From positions 372,001-436,000 of the forward strand of contig JAYWIR010000032.1 of assembly GCA_036172245.1 (NCBI GenBank): 64,000 bases of DNA. The letters run 5' to 3'. The stretch comes from Raillietiella orientalis (Eukaryota). The notes under the pieces are model-generated. The model searched no databases and was not told the origin of the DNA. It saw only the letters and a program-made list of their open reading frames with translations. Shown piece after piece: positions 12,691 through 26,127 of the stretch; position 1 is the stretch's first letter; every line of letters begins with the position of its first letter. A program made the translations under genes and the position numbers.

Positions 12691-13149
12691 TCAGCACGGA
12701 AACTTGAAGCTTCTTGAAGAATCGGAGATTCAAGCTGACGTTTCCTCTGAAGAGCACCTGGCATCGGAGGTCGTCAGCTGGTGGTGGTGCTTTGTGCGAG
12801 AAACTGCCCATCACTCCAAAAATGCTCACCGTGGCGAAAAGTCAGGGGAGGAAGGGGATTTCCATCTGTAGGCATCCTTCAGGCATCTGCCACGGATTCT
12901 CTTCGAAGAAAGGAGGAGCAAATTTTCATTCCGAAACGGGAGAGCGTATTTGTTTTTGAAGATCCTGACGTTTTCTCGATGAGATATCAGAGTCGCGAGA
13001 TGAGGCGAACTCCCAACTGCCTGATGTGGACTGGAAAAAGTCCCCAGGAGAAAGGAAGGACAGCTCGTGAACTGGAGCAGAGATTCCACCGTGGCAGCCG
13101 GACATGGCGGAGGACACTGGCGCCATGAAGAACGATCCAGCAATCCCCT

Positions 13150-13660
13150 ACTCATCCCTCCTCCATGGCATGGACCTTTTGTGAGAAAGCCGCTTCGTGT
13201 TGTCAGAAAGCCAAACGGAGGCAGCAAGGCATTCGTGGATGAAAGTTTCGCTCTCGCAGCAAGAGGAGCCACTGCCGAAAGCGGGCAGCCCGCGAACGGC
13301 AGCGGACAAGAGGAATTCAGCACGCAGACCACAACTCCCCAGGCACAGCGCGAAGTCGTCGCAGAGCCTCCTTGCGACACGAAGATGCATTGCATGTGCA
13401 CCCCCATCGCCTTGCATGTGGTCGAACGCGTGGCTGACAGGAAGTCTTTCCTCGACTTGATCCTCAGCAATGAAGAAAAGCATTGGACGTGCCACCTTTC
13501 GAACCAATGCAGAGAAGAGGCGAGAGAACTTGTGGCCTTCTCTGGACTGGCAGCAACTTGACCCGCAGCACTGTTGGGCCCACTGATGGTCCCCACGATC
13601 CCACGCCACGAGGACGGCATGGAGCGCACCTTTAAGATTCCTCCACACGGATGGCACTTC
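13150..13660 (-). mobile_element. Possible N-terminal zinc-finger region of a Utopia/NeSL-like ORF
   Basis: Minus-strand KCHPCGG and TTCKAMGVHMQC look like degenerate C2H2 fingers. Lies immediately downstream of the 3' end of the element at 13690-14600, in the same orientation. Confidence 0.3.
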
Positions 13661-13689
13661 CTCGTCTATGCGGTAACCGTTTCGAAAAT

Positions 13690-14600
13690 GTATCCGCGTT
13701 TTCTTTACATCAATGTATTTATTCGTGGATGAGCAATTTTTGTTTATTGAATTATTCAGTATTATTCAGTGTTACAGTAGCCCTACATTCTCGCTGGCTC
13801 TGCCTGCTCTTCCTGCGTTTTCGTCATGCTGCTTAGTTTACTATGGATAGGCCGTTGGGTTGCCCTGCTCTCATGATGTGCCCGATGGGGTCGCTTGCAT
13901 TGTGGGATGGATGACCCAGTCTGTGCGTCCAGTAGATATCTCTGCTTGCCCTTATGCAGCAGGATGCGGCCAGTTTCCTTATTTTGAGATTTTCTTTGAC
14001 TCCAAGTAATCGTAGCATAGAATTATTTTGGGGATACCATGATCCTAGTGCCCCCACGATGAAGACCTGCATGATAGCTGTTCTGCCGATCTGGTTTTTC
14101 ACGTGGATCAGATTTTCGTGCTTTTCTTCTGACGTGCTTCAGTGAACGCGTTTTCCTAACCTTCAAATGGGCAAGTAACATCCACTACTATCCACTTGCC
14201 GCATCTTCCGAACATGAGATCCGGCTTTAGCGGGGAGTCCACTCCGGGTACCATTTGGTCCGCTGATATGAGCTTGCATCCTCCTACTTTCGTGGCCGCT
14301 GCTTGCAGTCTTAGCTCGATTGCATTATGTCTTGCGATGTACATCGCGAAATGCATCACGCAATGGTTTAGTATGTGTGGTAATGTTTCGTGCCGACAGT
14401 TGCATCTTCGGCATAGGCGATCGACGGCAATCTTCTTGCTGCTCCTCTAATTGGTAGAACATTGAACCTTGAGGCATAGATGAGGCGATAATCCTAGAAT
14501 CTAGTGTGGTCACCTGAAGTTAGGAAACCCCTGGACACCACAGCCAAGTGGGACGACTGGCCATAAGCGGCTCACAGAGCCTACTTGTTGTTGTTGAACT
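13690..14600 (-). mobile_element. Utopia/NeSL-like non-LTR retrotransposon, 3' fragment (CCHC knuckle, RLE, 3' UTR)
   Basis: FLTSGDH..., RFNVLP, CRRCNCRHETLPHILNHC, RHNAI, KPDL...VVDVTCPFE, FIVGALGSW, CIRASRDIYWTH. AATAAA signals in the 3' UTR. Frameshifted. Confidence 0.9.
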
Positions 14601-14659
14601 GCTCTGTTAGGTCGCGCAGAAGAGTGGATCACCATCGACCCGACGTGGAGACGAAAGCA

Positions 14660-15480
14660 GGCACTGGTGCGGAAGCATCAGATCAAGATCGTGCCTAGAA
14701 GCAAGGACCTCTGGGAGCAGAAATCCATCCTGATTATCCCTTGGTTTCTCCTCGTCCCTGATGACGCAAGGAGCTGGATACAGAGGCCGGGAGTTACCTT
14801 AAAGAAAATAGAGCAGTGTAGACGCGGTGGCTACTACCACCACACCCACATGCTCAGATATATTGAGATGGTGAGGAGAAAGTTCACCCACAGGACGTGC
14901 GAAATGTGAAAAAAACACAACTACTCGTGGTCCCAGATGAAGAAGAAAAAACTTTAGCTGAATACCTGAAGACGAACGAGACACCAGTGCCCTCCAGGAA
15001 GCTGCCAGTCGCTACAAGAGTGACACTGTCAACCTGTTGGCGACTAGATGGACTCTCTGGAGGAGTGACCTACCGCTGGACACCCAGAATAACCTAATGT
15101 TTTACCACAATGGAATCCTAAGTAGGTCCAGGATGAAACACTTCAAGGGCAAACGATCAAACGATGATTGGCAGGGCATGTGATGACGTGGACACGAGGC
15201 TTCACGTCTTGACCTGTCCAGCGATAAATCAAGAAGGGAAAACCTGAAAAGGTTGATAAGGCTGCCGAACTCGAAGATGGAAGTCCTGGCCGGGATGTTC
15301 CAGGGAAACGGAAACATCCCCCGCTACAACCCGATGGTAAGGACGGCCATCTCCCTGTTCATCATTGCCATCCTCCTACGACGGTGAAAGATGAAGACAG
15401 CCAGCATAGGCGTATCTCCCTTGGAAATCGTGAAAGGGATTATGCAAAAGGAGATTGGAATCCGGAACTGTGGACGGGTG
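14660..15480 (-). pseudogene. IR-like pseudogene fragment
   Basis: NPFHDFQGR followed by LAVF in a shifted frame (resembles the start of the IR ligand-binding domain), then WRALV, hydrophobic stretches and RSLLLGTILI. Many disablements. Confidence 0.35.
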
Positions 15481-16849
15481 CAGGCCTGGACGTACCGCTA
15501 CATCCTGAAAAGGATTGAGGCTGTCCCCCAGGCACACACATTCCCAACGCCCAGTCCCCCGTAATACAGACCCAAGTGTAATGAGGTGAAAATCATAGTG
15601 AAGAACAGTAAATCTGTGCCAATCTTCGAAGGAATGCGTTTTTGTCGTGCGAATGAGGAAAATAAATCTACTCACCCCTTTGGGGATCGGGAAAATCGAT
15701 GTATTTATTCCACGTAATGTCCTCACTTGCATTGCCATAAACAAACTTGGTCACTTTCCATCCGATGTGACTGAAGAGCAGCATCGACGCTGCTAGATGA
15801 AAAAGATTAGCCTTAAAGGATTCCCGATTCCTCATCTCGCTTCATGATTTCTTCATCCAAATCGTCCCAGCAGGACTCGGAAGAAAACGATTCCCAGATC
15901 GAATTTGCTCGATGCTTTAAATGTGGCTCTCAAAACACCTTGGAACTGTGCCGCTCGAAAGTAGTTCTGTGATTGTATTTGCTCGGCATCGTAGGGAAAC
16001 TCCCGGTTAGGGTCCTTCCGGTCTGGTAGTTCCCTTCATTTGGCTCACTTTGGCGCTACAGTTAATCAAGTTCCCGCCAAATTATGCGTTCTGCGATCCT
16101 CATTAAAGTACAAAGGCGAGATGGTACAATGTACAAAGTGATGGGACGCAAATGCTGGACACTGGCTCTTGTATTTGTGATGTTTCTCAAGCGCCCTGCT
16201 CTGAAGCCGCTGGGAGCCACTGTTTTTTCATCATTCATGAGTTCCGGAATATGCTGATCACGTGAATCCTCTTTCGTGAAATCAAACGTTCAAACCTTTC
16301 AAAAATTCGGCTTAACGATATCCTGGAAAAGAATGAAATGCCGAAGTCGATAAAGTTTCATCTCTCCTGATTGAAACCCTATTAAAATGAAAAGTCTATT
16401 TATTTACAGGTAAAGTAAACAAAAATGAGGTTGATCATTTCAAATCTAGCTTTCATCTTTCACTTATGAAACCTCAAGAGTTCAATCTCTAGAATTGTCT
16501 TCTTGAGGAGCATTTCAGAGGATGCCAACATTGCGCCACTTCATCGGATTCCGGTTTCATCCCCCGAAATGCCGAAGAGTCCCGCTTTCCCCTGTGGACT
16601 CCGGTTGTTGATATCAAAGTGTCGAAGCCAGTGGCATGCGCGCAAGAAGATGTGAAACCTAAGAGCGCTTTCAGCGGATACCCAGCAGCCAACTTTCCGA
16701 GGATGCGAACCCCATGGAAAGATGCAGTCAACTCTCCACCTTTCAAGGATTTCATGCCACTACAGTCAGAACCACGATTTGTATTGAAAAAAATTAAAAA
16801 AAAGAAAAGAAGAGCAGTAGAACTTGCCAGCAATTGCCAGTTCGTGCTG

Positions 16850-17260
16850 TAAACAGCACCCAAAACCCCCATTCCTATCATCACGATCCACCATTGGAGA
16901 TCAAAATAACAGCAATATAGAACATCACTTGGCTCGCCTAATATATCCTTAGCTGTCATCAACACAGATGTCAGCATCAACCACCAAAACATCAATACTT
17001 TCGATTCAAAATGAACTTCACGCCCCATCACTAGAGAGACCTCCTTCGAAGAAAGTTTTCCGCAGTTCCAGTCCCAGAATAAGAATCATCCTTCTAATGC
17101 AAAAATAAAACAAGCCAGCGTACACCTCTGAGGCAGCAAAACTACCCATTCTCGTTAGACCACCTTGGCACACATTATCTCATGTGTGTCAGAGTTGTCT
17201 TACGTGGAACCATGTTGTGTCAACCTCGTCAGACCATGTGAATTCCATATCCATCTCTTG
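16850..17260 (-). pseudogene. IR-like transmembrane fragment
   Basis: SKVLMFWWLMLTSVLMTA resembles the IR/iGluR M3 pattern R.L...WW....IL.TAY, followed by a second hydrophobic segment. Confidence 0.35.
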
Positions 17261-17839
17261 ACGGCGTTTTCCCTGCAGTCCGACGACCGGTGAGTATGTC
17301 ACTCTTTTCATTTATACCGAAAGGGCAGCTCGTGCGAACACTCTCACTCGTGCAGCGGAAGTGTTCGCTGGATCGCTGCACCTTTGACTCGTTCCATTTT
17401 CCAGATCTGTCCTGTGTGTGAGTTGCATTCTGTGTCTTCTTCGGGACTCTGCTGTTTACACGGCAGGTGGAACGGCAGGTTCTCTTTCAGCAGCTCCGTT
17501 GCAACGTCTCTGGTCGTTGCAAACTCAGCAGCAGTTCGTCTCCCCCCCTTATCAGAATACTGCTGATGGGAAAGACGGCGGTCGTCCTTGCCATTGGGTC
17601 GTTTCAGAAAACGACGTAGTGGCATCTAAATAAATTGTCGCAGACGCCATTTCACCCACTGCATATAACAAATTCTCCAGATAAACTGAGAGGACGCAAA
17701 TGATTGAACAAGCGTTGGACTACGAGCTGAAGATCCCAAGTCTTTTAATCATGACACCTCTCAAATTCATCAACCATCTTCCCAGATGACCTTTGGCCTT
17801 TCTTTCTTCTTGGATTTATTTAAGATTATCAAGTAAGAT

Positions 17840-18100
17840 GACATGGAAAAATCTCCAGCATCTGCCCCCCTACAAATCTCTTCCCAACAACCAGTTCGGA
17901 GGAAGGTTCATTCTTGCGGGACAAGATGACTACTTGAAAAGCCCAAAATATGCAATTTGGGGCTTTCCCAAGCCTTCAGATGGATAAGTACTCTTATGTC
18001 CACCTGCTTGTTTTTCTTTCTTTCTCCTTCACGAAAGTGGATCACGCTCTTCAGCCGACTCGTTGCATCTGGTCTGCAGTAGCTGGAACCTGGAGTCCTG
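17840..18100 (+). pseudogene. IR-like S2 fragment
   Basis: In-frame YAIWGFPKPSDG*VLLCPPACFSFFLLHESG resembles GF.K.SP......I..L.ESG. Confidence 0.35.
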
Positions 18101-18649
18101 CTCATGTTGTAGGTTTATTGTCGACAATAAACGAGGGAATAGATGCATCCTGCGTCTTGCCAGTAATCTTAAGAGTAAAGTCACGAGGAGTGTGGAACCG
18201 AAAGACTCAGGGGAAGCGCAATAGATCTCTCAGCACGCTTTGAAATTTCGACTCTCAACTGAAGATGCCGAGATGCCAAGCGTCAGTCAGAAAAAAGAGA
18301 AGCGATTTCTAAAAATGTTAACTTAAATTTCGAGATCATGTAAGGGTTGACTGGACCGGAAGCAAAGTATTCGAGGTTGGTATGAGAGGATACCTACTTC
18401 TTCGCCACTTGAAAATTGGCTTGAAAAGAAAACACGCGTTTCGGGAGAAAAAGGGAAAAACCATGGAGAAAAAAAAGCGCTGACGTCAACTCGAGAATCC
18501 TAAAGGATGAACCTCAAATCTCGAGAGCAGAACTGGATATCTAGAAGTTTCGTATTCGTGCTCGGAAGAGGAGATGGTTCGCCGTTGCGACGTAGGCAAG
18601 ACGGGCAGCGTTGCAAGCCTTGCAGGTCCCAAAAGACCAAGTCTAGCCT

Positions 18650-18795
18650 GTTGTGGGCAGCTCGACCTCGTACTTCAGAAGAATGAGGATCGGCTCGTCG
18701 TTCTCGATGTCTGCCGCCCTTACGAATTCATCACAGCAGCGCTCGAGGAAGCACGGCGAAGGAAGGTGTCCTGCAAGAAGAGTCTAGTCCTTTGA
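18650..18795 (+). mobile_element. RLE endonuclease core fragment (Utopia/NeSL-like)
   Basis: LDLVLQKNEDRLVVLDVCRPYEFITAALEEARRRK fits the PD..D.PF/YE..A...AR..K pattern. Confidence 0.65.
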
Positions 18796-20789
18796 GGTTC
18801 CCGCGAGGTTGACGGATCTCCGTGAAACCACGCCCTCATGGTCATCCCGACGATGACCCGCACAGCGAAGAGGATGAAGAGAAGCTAGGAGAGAACTCTA
18901 GGAAGCTCCAAGCATCCCATAAATGAGGCCCTTCCTCCTGCTTACAGCGTAGCGCGACCCACCTAGAAGTGGAGCCACGTCTGTACTCAATCACGACTGA
19001 TGGGAAAAAACGCATCAGGGTGTACTGTCCCATGGACTCTACGGGACCAAGTTCACCTACCTCCAGGAGCCGTTTGCTCATCCAGCTGGCGAATGGGAAA
19101 TCCCAGTCTCCACGGAACATAAGAAGATGATTAAGAGGTTTCTGACTGTCATCGGACGAAAATTTGCCGACTCCCTGGAAAAAATGATGAAACAATCTAT
19201 TTCCATAGCGGCTTCCCCTGAACAGATTAATTGAGGGGATCACATCACTTTCCTGCTGAATTGCCGCCGGGGCTAATTGACGAGAATCAATACCACGCAA
19301 CCGATACTTTGAGTCTCCATCAAAATGACGTATTCACGGAACGAGCGTCAGGAAGAGTAGAGCAGTCGGACAACCCATGGTGAACGCGTTGACCGAGCTG
19401 GGACTGACTTCTCGTGAAACCGCGGTCCACCCATTCGTTCGAGCAGCAAAAAAAGAAGAAACAAAACAAAACAAGACGGGCCGCAAGCTCAGATGCAGGG
19501 ACAAGGAACGGGCAGATCTAAAGGACGCCGATTTTGTATTGAAAGGCCGGAAACAAAGACCAGAAGCAGCTGCGCCCTCGGAGGTCAGACTCCTGTTGAA
19601 AAGCCCGCTCCCGGTCGCACATCGCAAGCCTATGGTTGTCCGAGGGCTTCGAGCGCCGCGACGCGCAGGGAACGTCCCAGAGCGAAATTTCTGCTATCTG
19701 GAAGACCGGGAAAGGGCACGGGAGGCGTGGCTCAGGCAGCAACTCTTGCGGAAGAATTCCCAGGAACCTCACAGGACTAAAGGGGCTGCGCTGCGGAAAG
19801 AAGCAGCAAAGCAAAACAAAACGCACTGCGAACGGAGTTCCAAATTCAAGCAGGATGAAACGAGCAAAGGTTTCCCGAAGGATAGGAACCAGCTCGTCTT
19901 CTAAAATGAGTCCCCAGTAAATGCCGAGTTCTGGAGCACTTCCCGACGTTGACAACAGGTTCTCGTTTTTCTCAGCCCGAACGCAGTAGAGGTTCCGTAA
20001 TGTCTCGCAGGGAAAGGTGATTAGAAGCATCTCTTCGATTTCCGGCTGGTGAATGACGGTGATTTTCTGGGAAAATGGCGCGGTAACTTGTTTGCGCTGC
20101 AGCGAGATGAAACGGCTGCGAGATCTCAGAGTAAATTTTGGGGGAGAGAACTTGCAAGATGAGAGATGATGGGCTCTTCAGGCCGCTTCGAGCTGGTTTT
20201 CGCCTCGCAGAGGTACATCTGGCAGCAGAGCCACCGTACGCGGAGGCACGAGTCCTCCACCTCGAACCTGGCTTCACGGTGAATGCCTGGAGTGGACCTT
20301 GTAGAATATGCGGACACCGTCCAGCGCAGGAAGAGACGTCGAAGGAAGCTTTCGAAACAGACGGAGTCAGAGGAGTTCCAGTCAGAGGAGAAGCAAGACG
20401 AACTGGGAGAGGATGTGCGTCTGCTTTTCGTAATTTCCGGTGGGTCGGTTCCGAAATGTGACCGAAGATTGCTCACTTTCCTTTGGCCAAAAAAAAATTA
20501 AAAAAAAATCAGCGACGCCACCCTCACAGACAGCTAAACCTCAGCAGGTAAAGCAGACGAAAAGGGAATCTACGAGAGGATTAAAGCACTCTTCTAGTCG
20601 GCGAGGACACGGAAGAACAGAAACTGGTCAGCAGCACAAGATTTTCCTGATGTGTTCTGTGGACACGTTCCAAGGCGGGAAACTCACAGTGTCAGGCACA
20701 CTCCAGGGAGCTGATCTGGGTACTATCAAGGAAGTTCTGCATGACACACTCGCTCCTCACGCGAGAGACCTCCACAAGAACAAGTGTCC

Positions 20790-21030
20790 ATCATACGCTC
20801 ACAAGATGCGTGTTTTGGGATGCGGTACTGTGCTCCATCCGGAAAGGCTGCGTCCAGTCTCACTGCAAGGGGGTTTGAGGACCTGGCAACACGAGACTAA
20901 CAAATCACCGGAGGCTTCTCGCCTCAGGAAGGAAGGGATCCTGGAAAAAGGAAGCAGGATCCTTCCCGGCTTCCTTTTTCGAGTCATCCGTTATGGCTCT
21001 TGAGGAAGCACGGCGAAGAAAGGATCGCAT
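20790..21030 (+). mobile_element. RLE fragment related to 18650-18795
   Basis: Shares gaggaagcacggcgaag (ALEEARRRK) with 18745-18762. Confidence 0.45.
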
Positions 21031-21989
21031 GAACTCGCGTCCTCTGGGCTCGAGTGGGCTTCTGCTCCATCCATATTTTGGAATCGAAAAAGTTCCACGA
21101 AGTCCCGTTGGAGCTCGAGATCTCCCGAATAAGGGCAGGTTGGATGGGACGCACAATGGTGTGTGCTCCGGCACGCGGCAACGTCGAGAGGCGTTGTCTG
21201 GGTCACCAGCTAAGATGAAGCAACTGATCGAAAAGCTACGCCATCGACAGCAGACGCCTTCGCAAAATGCAGACCCCTCCGCATTTGGATGACGCAACGT
21301 CGTTCTCGAGTAGCACGAACTTGGAGCGGCTGCGGTGTACTGAAAGCTGTGTCAGCACAAAGATCGCGTCCGCTGGTAGAGAGCGCACGGCGAAAATGGA
21401 GGGAGAGCAGCTCAGAGCTATGTAGCGTACACCTGACGACGTATGCCACTTTTACCAACCCGAGCTAACTCTGCACCTGGCAGGTGCGGCAGAACCCTAT
21501 CACGCTCAGGAACTTGGGACCATTGGCCTTTGGGAGCCAACAGTCAAGACTCGAAGAGAATAACAGCAGCAAGGAGATTGGGAGTCTGTGCTCCCAAACG
21601 GATGAAGTTCACTGTTTCTTCTTGGCAAGCACCGTTGCCTTCTTTTTTTACGATGCGAAGAATATCTTCGTCGGACCGAACCTTCAAGATGGACGTTGGC
21701 CCATAGCGGGGTCGTCAGGTGCTCCGGAAATTCAGTCAGCAAGAACGAAGTCCTTACGGTTCACCCGGAACCCTGCACTGGTGCATGGTTTCACTAGTGA
21801 TCATCTTGTGCCCCAAGAAATGTTACGCAGACATCACTTGCTCCAAGAACTAGAAAATAAATTCGGTATCTATTGTGAACAATAACTTAGTATTAACAGC
21901 AGTCAATGGTGCGAATTCCCTCAAGAAAACTGGCGTTCAGTCAGCTGTAAATCCTATTTTTTGAAAGTTTCGAATAGGTTGGGCAAGAA

Positions 21990-22530
21990 ATCGACTCTCA
22001 CAGAAGGCCTTAGGATAGCATTTCATACTTTAGATATCCTTCTATACACTCCTCTTGGCACAGCTCCTCTTGTATACCTCCTGAGGCACGGTTTGGAGAG
22101 GAAGTTGTACCAGCACGGCTTGGAAACCTTCCAGTAAAGACTCTGCAGCAGATTCGTGTACGTTTATCTGACCTGTTCTCTAGCCCAATCCCAAGAGACC
22201 ACGGCCGTCAATTTTGCCAACATCCTATCCATCCGCTAAGGATTGTTTCTATGGCACCTCTGTGGAAGGCGTCACCACCGTTTCTTGTGTCCTCATCCTT
22301 CTAGTATCCCCCCGTGAGAACTTCTAATCGGCTCTTTCTAAAAACATTCCATGATGGGATATAACGACAGAACTCACGAACCCAACCCCGGAAGCAAGGT
22401 GGTCTTTCGTCACGACGGGGTTTCCTTCCTTCGCTCCTTCTGGCTTTTCATTGGCCACTGCCTCAGGGTCTCAGCAGAGGATGGTGGAATTTAGAGCTTC
22501 CTAGGTAATTAGTGGACGTTTACCGGTCAA
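21990..22530 (+). pseudogene. IR/iGluR-like pseudogene fragment (S1, M1, pore)
   Basis: Remnants in the expected order: AD...LTCS...TTAVNF, PLWKASPPF, FLRSFWLFIGHCL, SFLGN*WTF. Confidence 0.5.
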
Positions 22531-22589
22531 TGCTGAGGATTTTCTTTTCTGGACATGAGCGACTGAAAGGGACGCGTTTGTGTTTGTGC

Positions 22590-22800
22590 ACCGTACAGCC
22601 GCATGCCCTTTCGCAGTGATCTCAGTGACATTGGTGTACAATCCATCTCGTTTGAGGATATAAATAGGCTCCCGCGACTAGATTCCTGCAGGATCTGGGA
22701 GAACGTACTTCTCCAACATTCATTTCTAGGACTTTTGGATGACAGTTTTGCTGCATGGTGATCTCGTCTCCACGGACTGGGAAACTTGGAGGGTGTTTTT
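22590..22800 (+). pseudogene. Leucine-rich-repeat gene remnant
   Basis: VQSISFEDINRLPRLDSCRIWENVL...LHGLGNLE shows LRR periodicity, with an internal stop. Confidence 0.3.
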
Positions 22801-23370
22801 TTTTGTTTTTTTTTTTCTCCGAGCTAGCAGAAGATGCCACACGATCCAAAACTGGATTGGAAATCCCTGCCAAACACCACTTGGCTCTTCGCTGAAACTC
22901 CGGCGTGGGGCTCATTTTTAGTTTCCTGCTGCCTTCTCTCTTGCTGAGTCGATCCATGTCCCCGTGTCGGTTCACAGGACTACAGGTGATCTGAACGTGA
23001 CGGCGTCTCCGAAACGAAAGGTCCCTGGTCACGTTCAACCGCAGTCCCCACTCGCTACCGTCGACGACTCCTTCCTTGTCCCTGCCCCCTATCGGAAACG
23101 AAGACTCCACCGGCAAGGGATATGCGGATGATTTTCCGGGGTCGCGACCGATCCTCCGAGGAAGGAAAAGGGAAATTTTCCATCAACTGAAATGCTGTAG
23201 GAAACCACCATCCACTGAGATTCCAAGTCGTTTCTCCACTTCACTTCCGGATCGTCTTCCTTGTTTCCGTGGAGAAAAGTCTGTCGTTTCTTTCGTCTGC
23301 GCTCAGTGCAGCTCGCTGTAGCTAGGCTGCTCGGGAGAAGAAAAAACAAGGAACTTCAAGATTTTCAAAA

Positions 23371-24017
23371 TTTGTTTGGGTTCCTTAAGTGCTGAAGAAT
23401 CGTTCACTTCCTTACTAGGGACTCGCAAAGCTCTTTGACGCTATCCGCGCCACCCTGAGGTGCGTGCAAACTCTTCAAGTTAGGTGGAGACCCCGTGGGG
23501 ACAGCCGTATGAATCCAGGAAAGCCCGGTGGAAAGAGTCCGTTCCTCTCCCGCCTCCGAGGGGAACACCGGAGGGAATTTCTTTCTCATTCTCTCCGCAG
23601 CAAGGGAGTCGTTCCTTATTTCCTTCTCCGAAGAAAACTCGGAATGGACGCTGCTAAATTTTCCCTTAAGGGTCGCCCCCCAAGGAGCGTGCTTCTTCGC
23701 ATCCGAAAGGAACGACTGTCAATCCACCAGCTTCAGGATACGAGATGGACGGCCCCCCTCTCACAACCAGAGGAGAACCCAGAAGGATTCTTGATTCCTG
23801 GAAGGACCCGGGAGGATTAAAGTCCAAATCCCGGTCACTCATCTGGAGGCATCCGGCTTCCATCAATGTCGCACCCGGAACTATCGCCCAACCAGCGTCA
23901 TCTCGTGGGAGGAACTCGAACCTATGACGCACCCATTTCTTGGCGTCGAGCCTTCCCCGGGCGGGATTCGAACCCGCGACGCTCGGTGTCACGCACGAAA
24001 GCCTCAGCCACACACCC
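23371..24017 (-). mobile_element. tRNA-derived SINE copy B
   Basis: Reverse complement ggtgtgtggctgagg...cgcgggttcgaatcccgcccggggaagg...ggtgcgtcataggttcgagttcctccc, collinear with copy A. Confidence 0.85.
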
Positions 24018-24229
24018 GCCAGCGCGGGCCTTGAAATGCCTGTCGATCTCGGAAATAATGTAGCTGCCCCCGGGGACAAAAACCATCAACCTAAAAAAAA
24101 AAAAAAAAAGATGGACTATCAGAGAAACAGAAGCAGCATATCTTTGCAGACCGCTGCGAAAGTGGACGTCTCGCTTCAGAGTCTTGCGAGCCCCTTCGTC
24201 TCGAAGCGCGTCTTCTAAGATCCCTCCAT

Positions 24230-24420
24230 TTTCCCGAGGTCCGACAAAACGCGGGATGAATTTGTCCGTGCACACAACTTGCATGCAAGAACAACGATCG
24301 CACAGGCAGACACAACGTATCCAGCCGGTACACGTCAGTGCTTTCCCAACGCCACACTCCACCTGCAGTGTTTTTTCCGCCCCGTCTTTGAGGCTTCCAC
24401 TTGGGATTTCCAGAGACGTG
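24230..24420 (-). pseudogene. IAP-type C3HC4 RING remnant
   Basis: KHCRWSVALGKH*RVPAGYVVSACAIVVLACKLCAR resembles the IAP RING C..C......V..PCGH.V.C..C....CP.CR. Several ligands are lost. Confidence 0.35.
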
Positions 24421-25439
24421 CCGATTGCCGATCTCCTTTGAGATGAATCCACACGTCCACGGACTGCATGCCTCGTCCTGACAAGGATGGTGGTGGTACA
24501 GCGCAGCATTGCTTCGACGCTACGCGCACGCAGATGGGAGCCGTCTTGGTGCCACTCTTCCTCCCAAAGTTCTCTTCCTTCAAGGCGAACGTCATCAGGA
24601 CTTGGTCCAGGGATGGAGTCGGAGTGCTCCCACGCCTCCGTAAACGGCTCCTTGTGTCCTCGCTGCGGAATTTGTGGTCGATCGGCCTGTGGCTCTCTGT
24701 TAAGTACAGGAGTCCGAATTCTTCAGACTTCAGAATATGCCTTGCTTCCTCGGGAATCTTTGACCCACGCGATGTTCTGTGTGGTCTCTCACGGCGAAGA
24801 TGATGTCTTCGGTGTGTCACATGCCGATGTCTGTTTGAGTGCACTTTCATCTTCTCTTCGGCGCCGACGAACAGCTGGGCACCCAATCATCGCTCGAGTT
24901 CCAGTCGGATCCTGAGACCCATTTCGTGGGTTGCCTGCAGGCTCACGATGTGGCCACCCTCGAAAGACCCAGATTGCCCGCATTCCGACAGGGGATGGAT
25001 GGATTTGTAAGGACACAACTCACGTAGGGAAGCAACAGTGGCACGACACGACTGCCACGTCTGCATCTGTTCCTCAACACCATTGCGACCGCACTAAGCA
25101 TCACCTTTCGTTCTACTTTTTCCTCTCTTCATTGTTTGGATTAATAGGGTTCAGTGGGCATTCCACTCAACTGCTCAATCCTTTCTAAGATGTAATGATA
25201 TGCAGCAGTTGCTGATGCCCATCTTTCTCTGGATGATTGCTCACATGAGCAATCATTTCTGAATGCTCAATTATTTCCCGATATGATCCTCTGAGTAATT
25301 GTTTTGTTGTCCATGGTAGGCGTTGCTTTCCTTGTGCTTCTCGTATTTTCCCTTCGCATCACAATGACTGTGATGGATGGGGCCACTGACAGTTGCACCA
25401 TGGGAATGTATCGGGAATGCTGCCGTTTCCATCAAACAG

Positions 25440-26127
25440 CCCATTCCCGGATCTGATTGAAAGACTTGGTGTCCCCGCTCTAGGAGGCCGCCTTGGGCAT
25501 CCTGACCAATCACAGGATCGGACTGCAGGTGCAGTTCCGAATTTTGACCCTTTGTGGGAAGTCGTGGACTTGTCACTGGTGTGCTCCGGCACGCCACATC
25601 CTCCGGAAATGCTCTGGAAGAGCTGGACTTCCTTCGCTGCTGCCGCGCAGCCAACATGCGAGGACTGGATTTGGCTATCCCCTGAGGCATCCATCCTCGC
25701 TTCTGGTAGCTCACTCATGGATCTCCTGCCGCCCCCCAAACAGGAGTGCCTGGAAGCAGGAGACACTGGAGTCTCGGGTTGTCACTTTGGGAGTGCGCCC
25801 AGAGGAACTGCGTCCGCTGCGGAAACTCCCATGAAAGCTGCTAGGAAATATCCTGCTGGACTGGACGCACTGGTCTCATGGCCGTCTCACCCCCAGCACC
25901 GTCTTTCCTGAGGGCAAACGATGATAGCAGCCAACCGGCGGGGTGGGAGTTCTCCTGAACCACTGCAGGAGTAAAGAAACCCCTCGACGGCTGCAAGACG
26001 AGCGGTCTAGCGGACACCCCCACTCCTCGTTTCCAGGCAAAGGGGCTCCCTCGGTGGAGCGACCTGCTCTGTGTGTCCCCCAAAGATTCCAACGCGACTC
26101 TAAGGGGATCCGCCCCAAGGAGAAGTC
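25440..26127 (+). mobile_element. L1/Tx1-like ORF2 fragment (post-RT region)
   Basis: VPALGGRLGHPD resembles the thumb motif P...GGLG.PD. 25908-26040 is an inverted homolog of 48290-48425. Confidence 0.55.
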
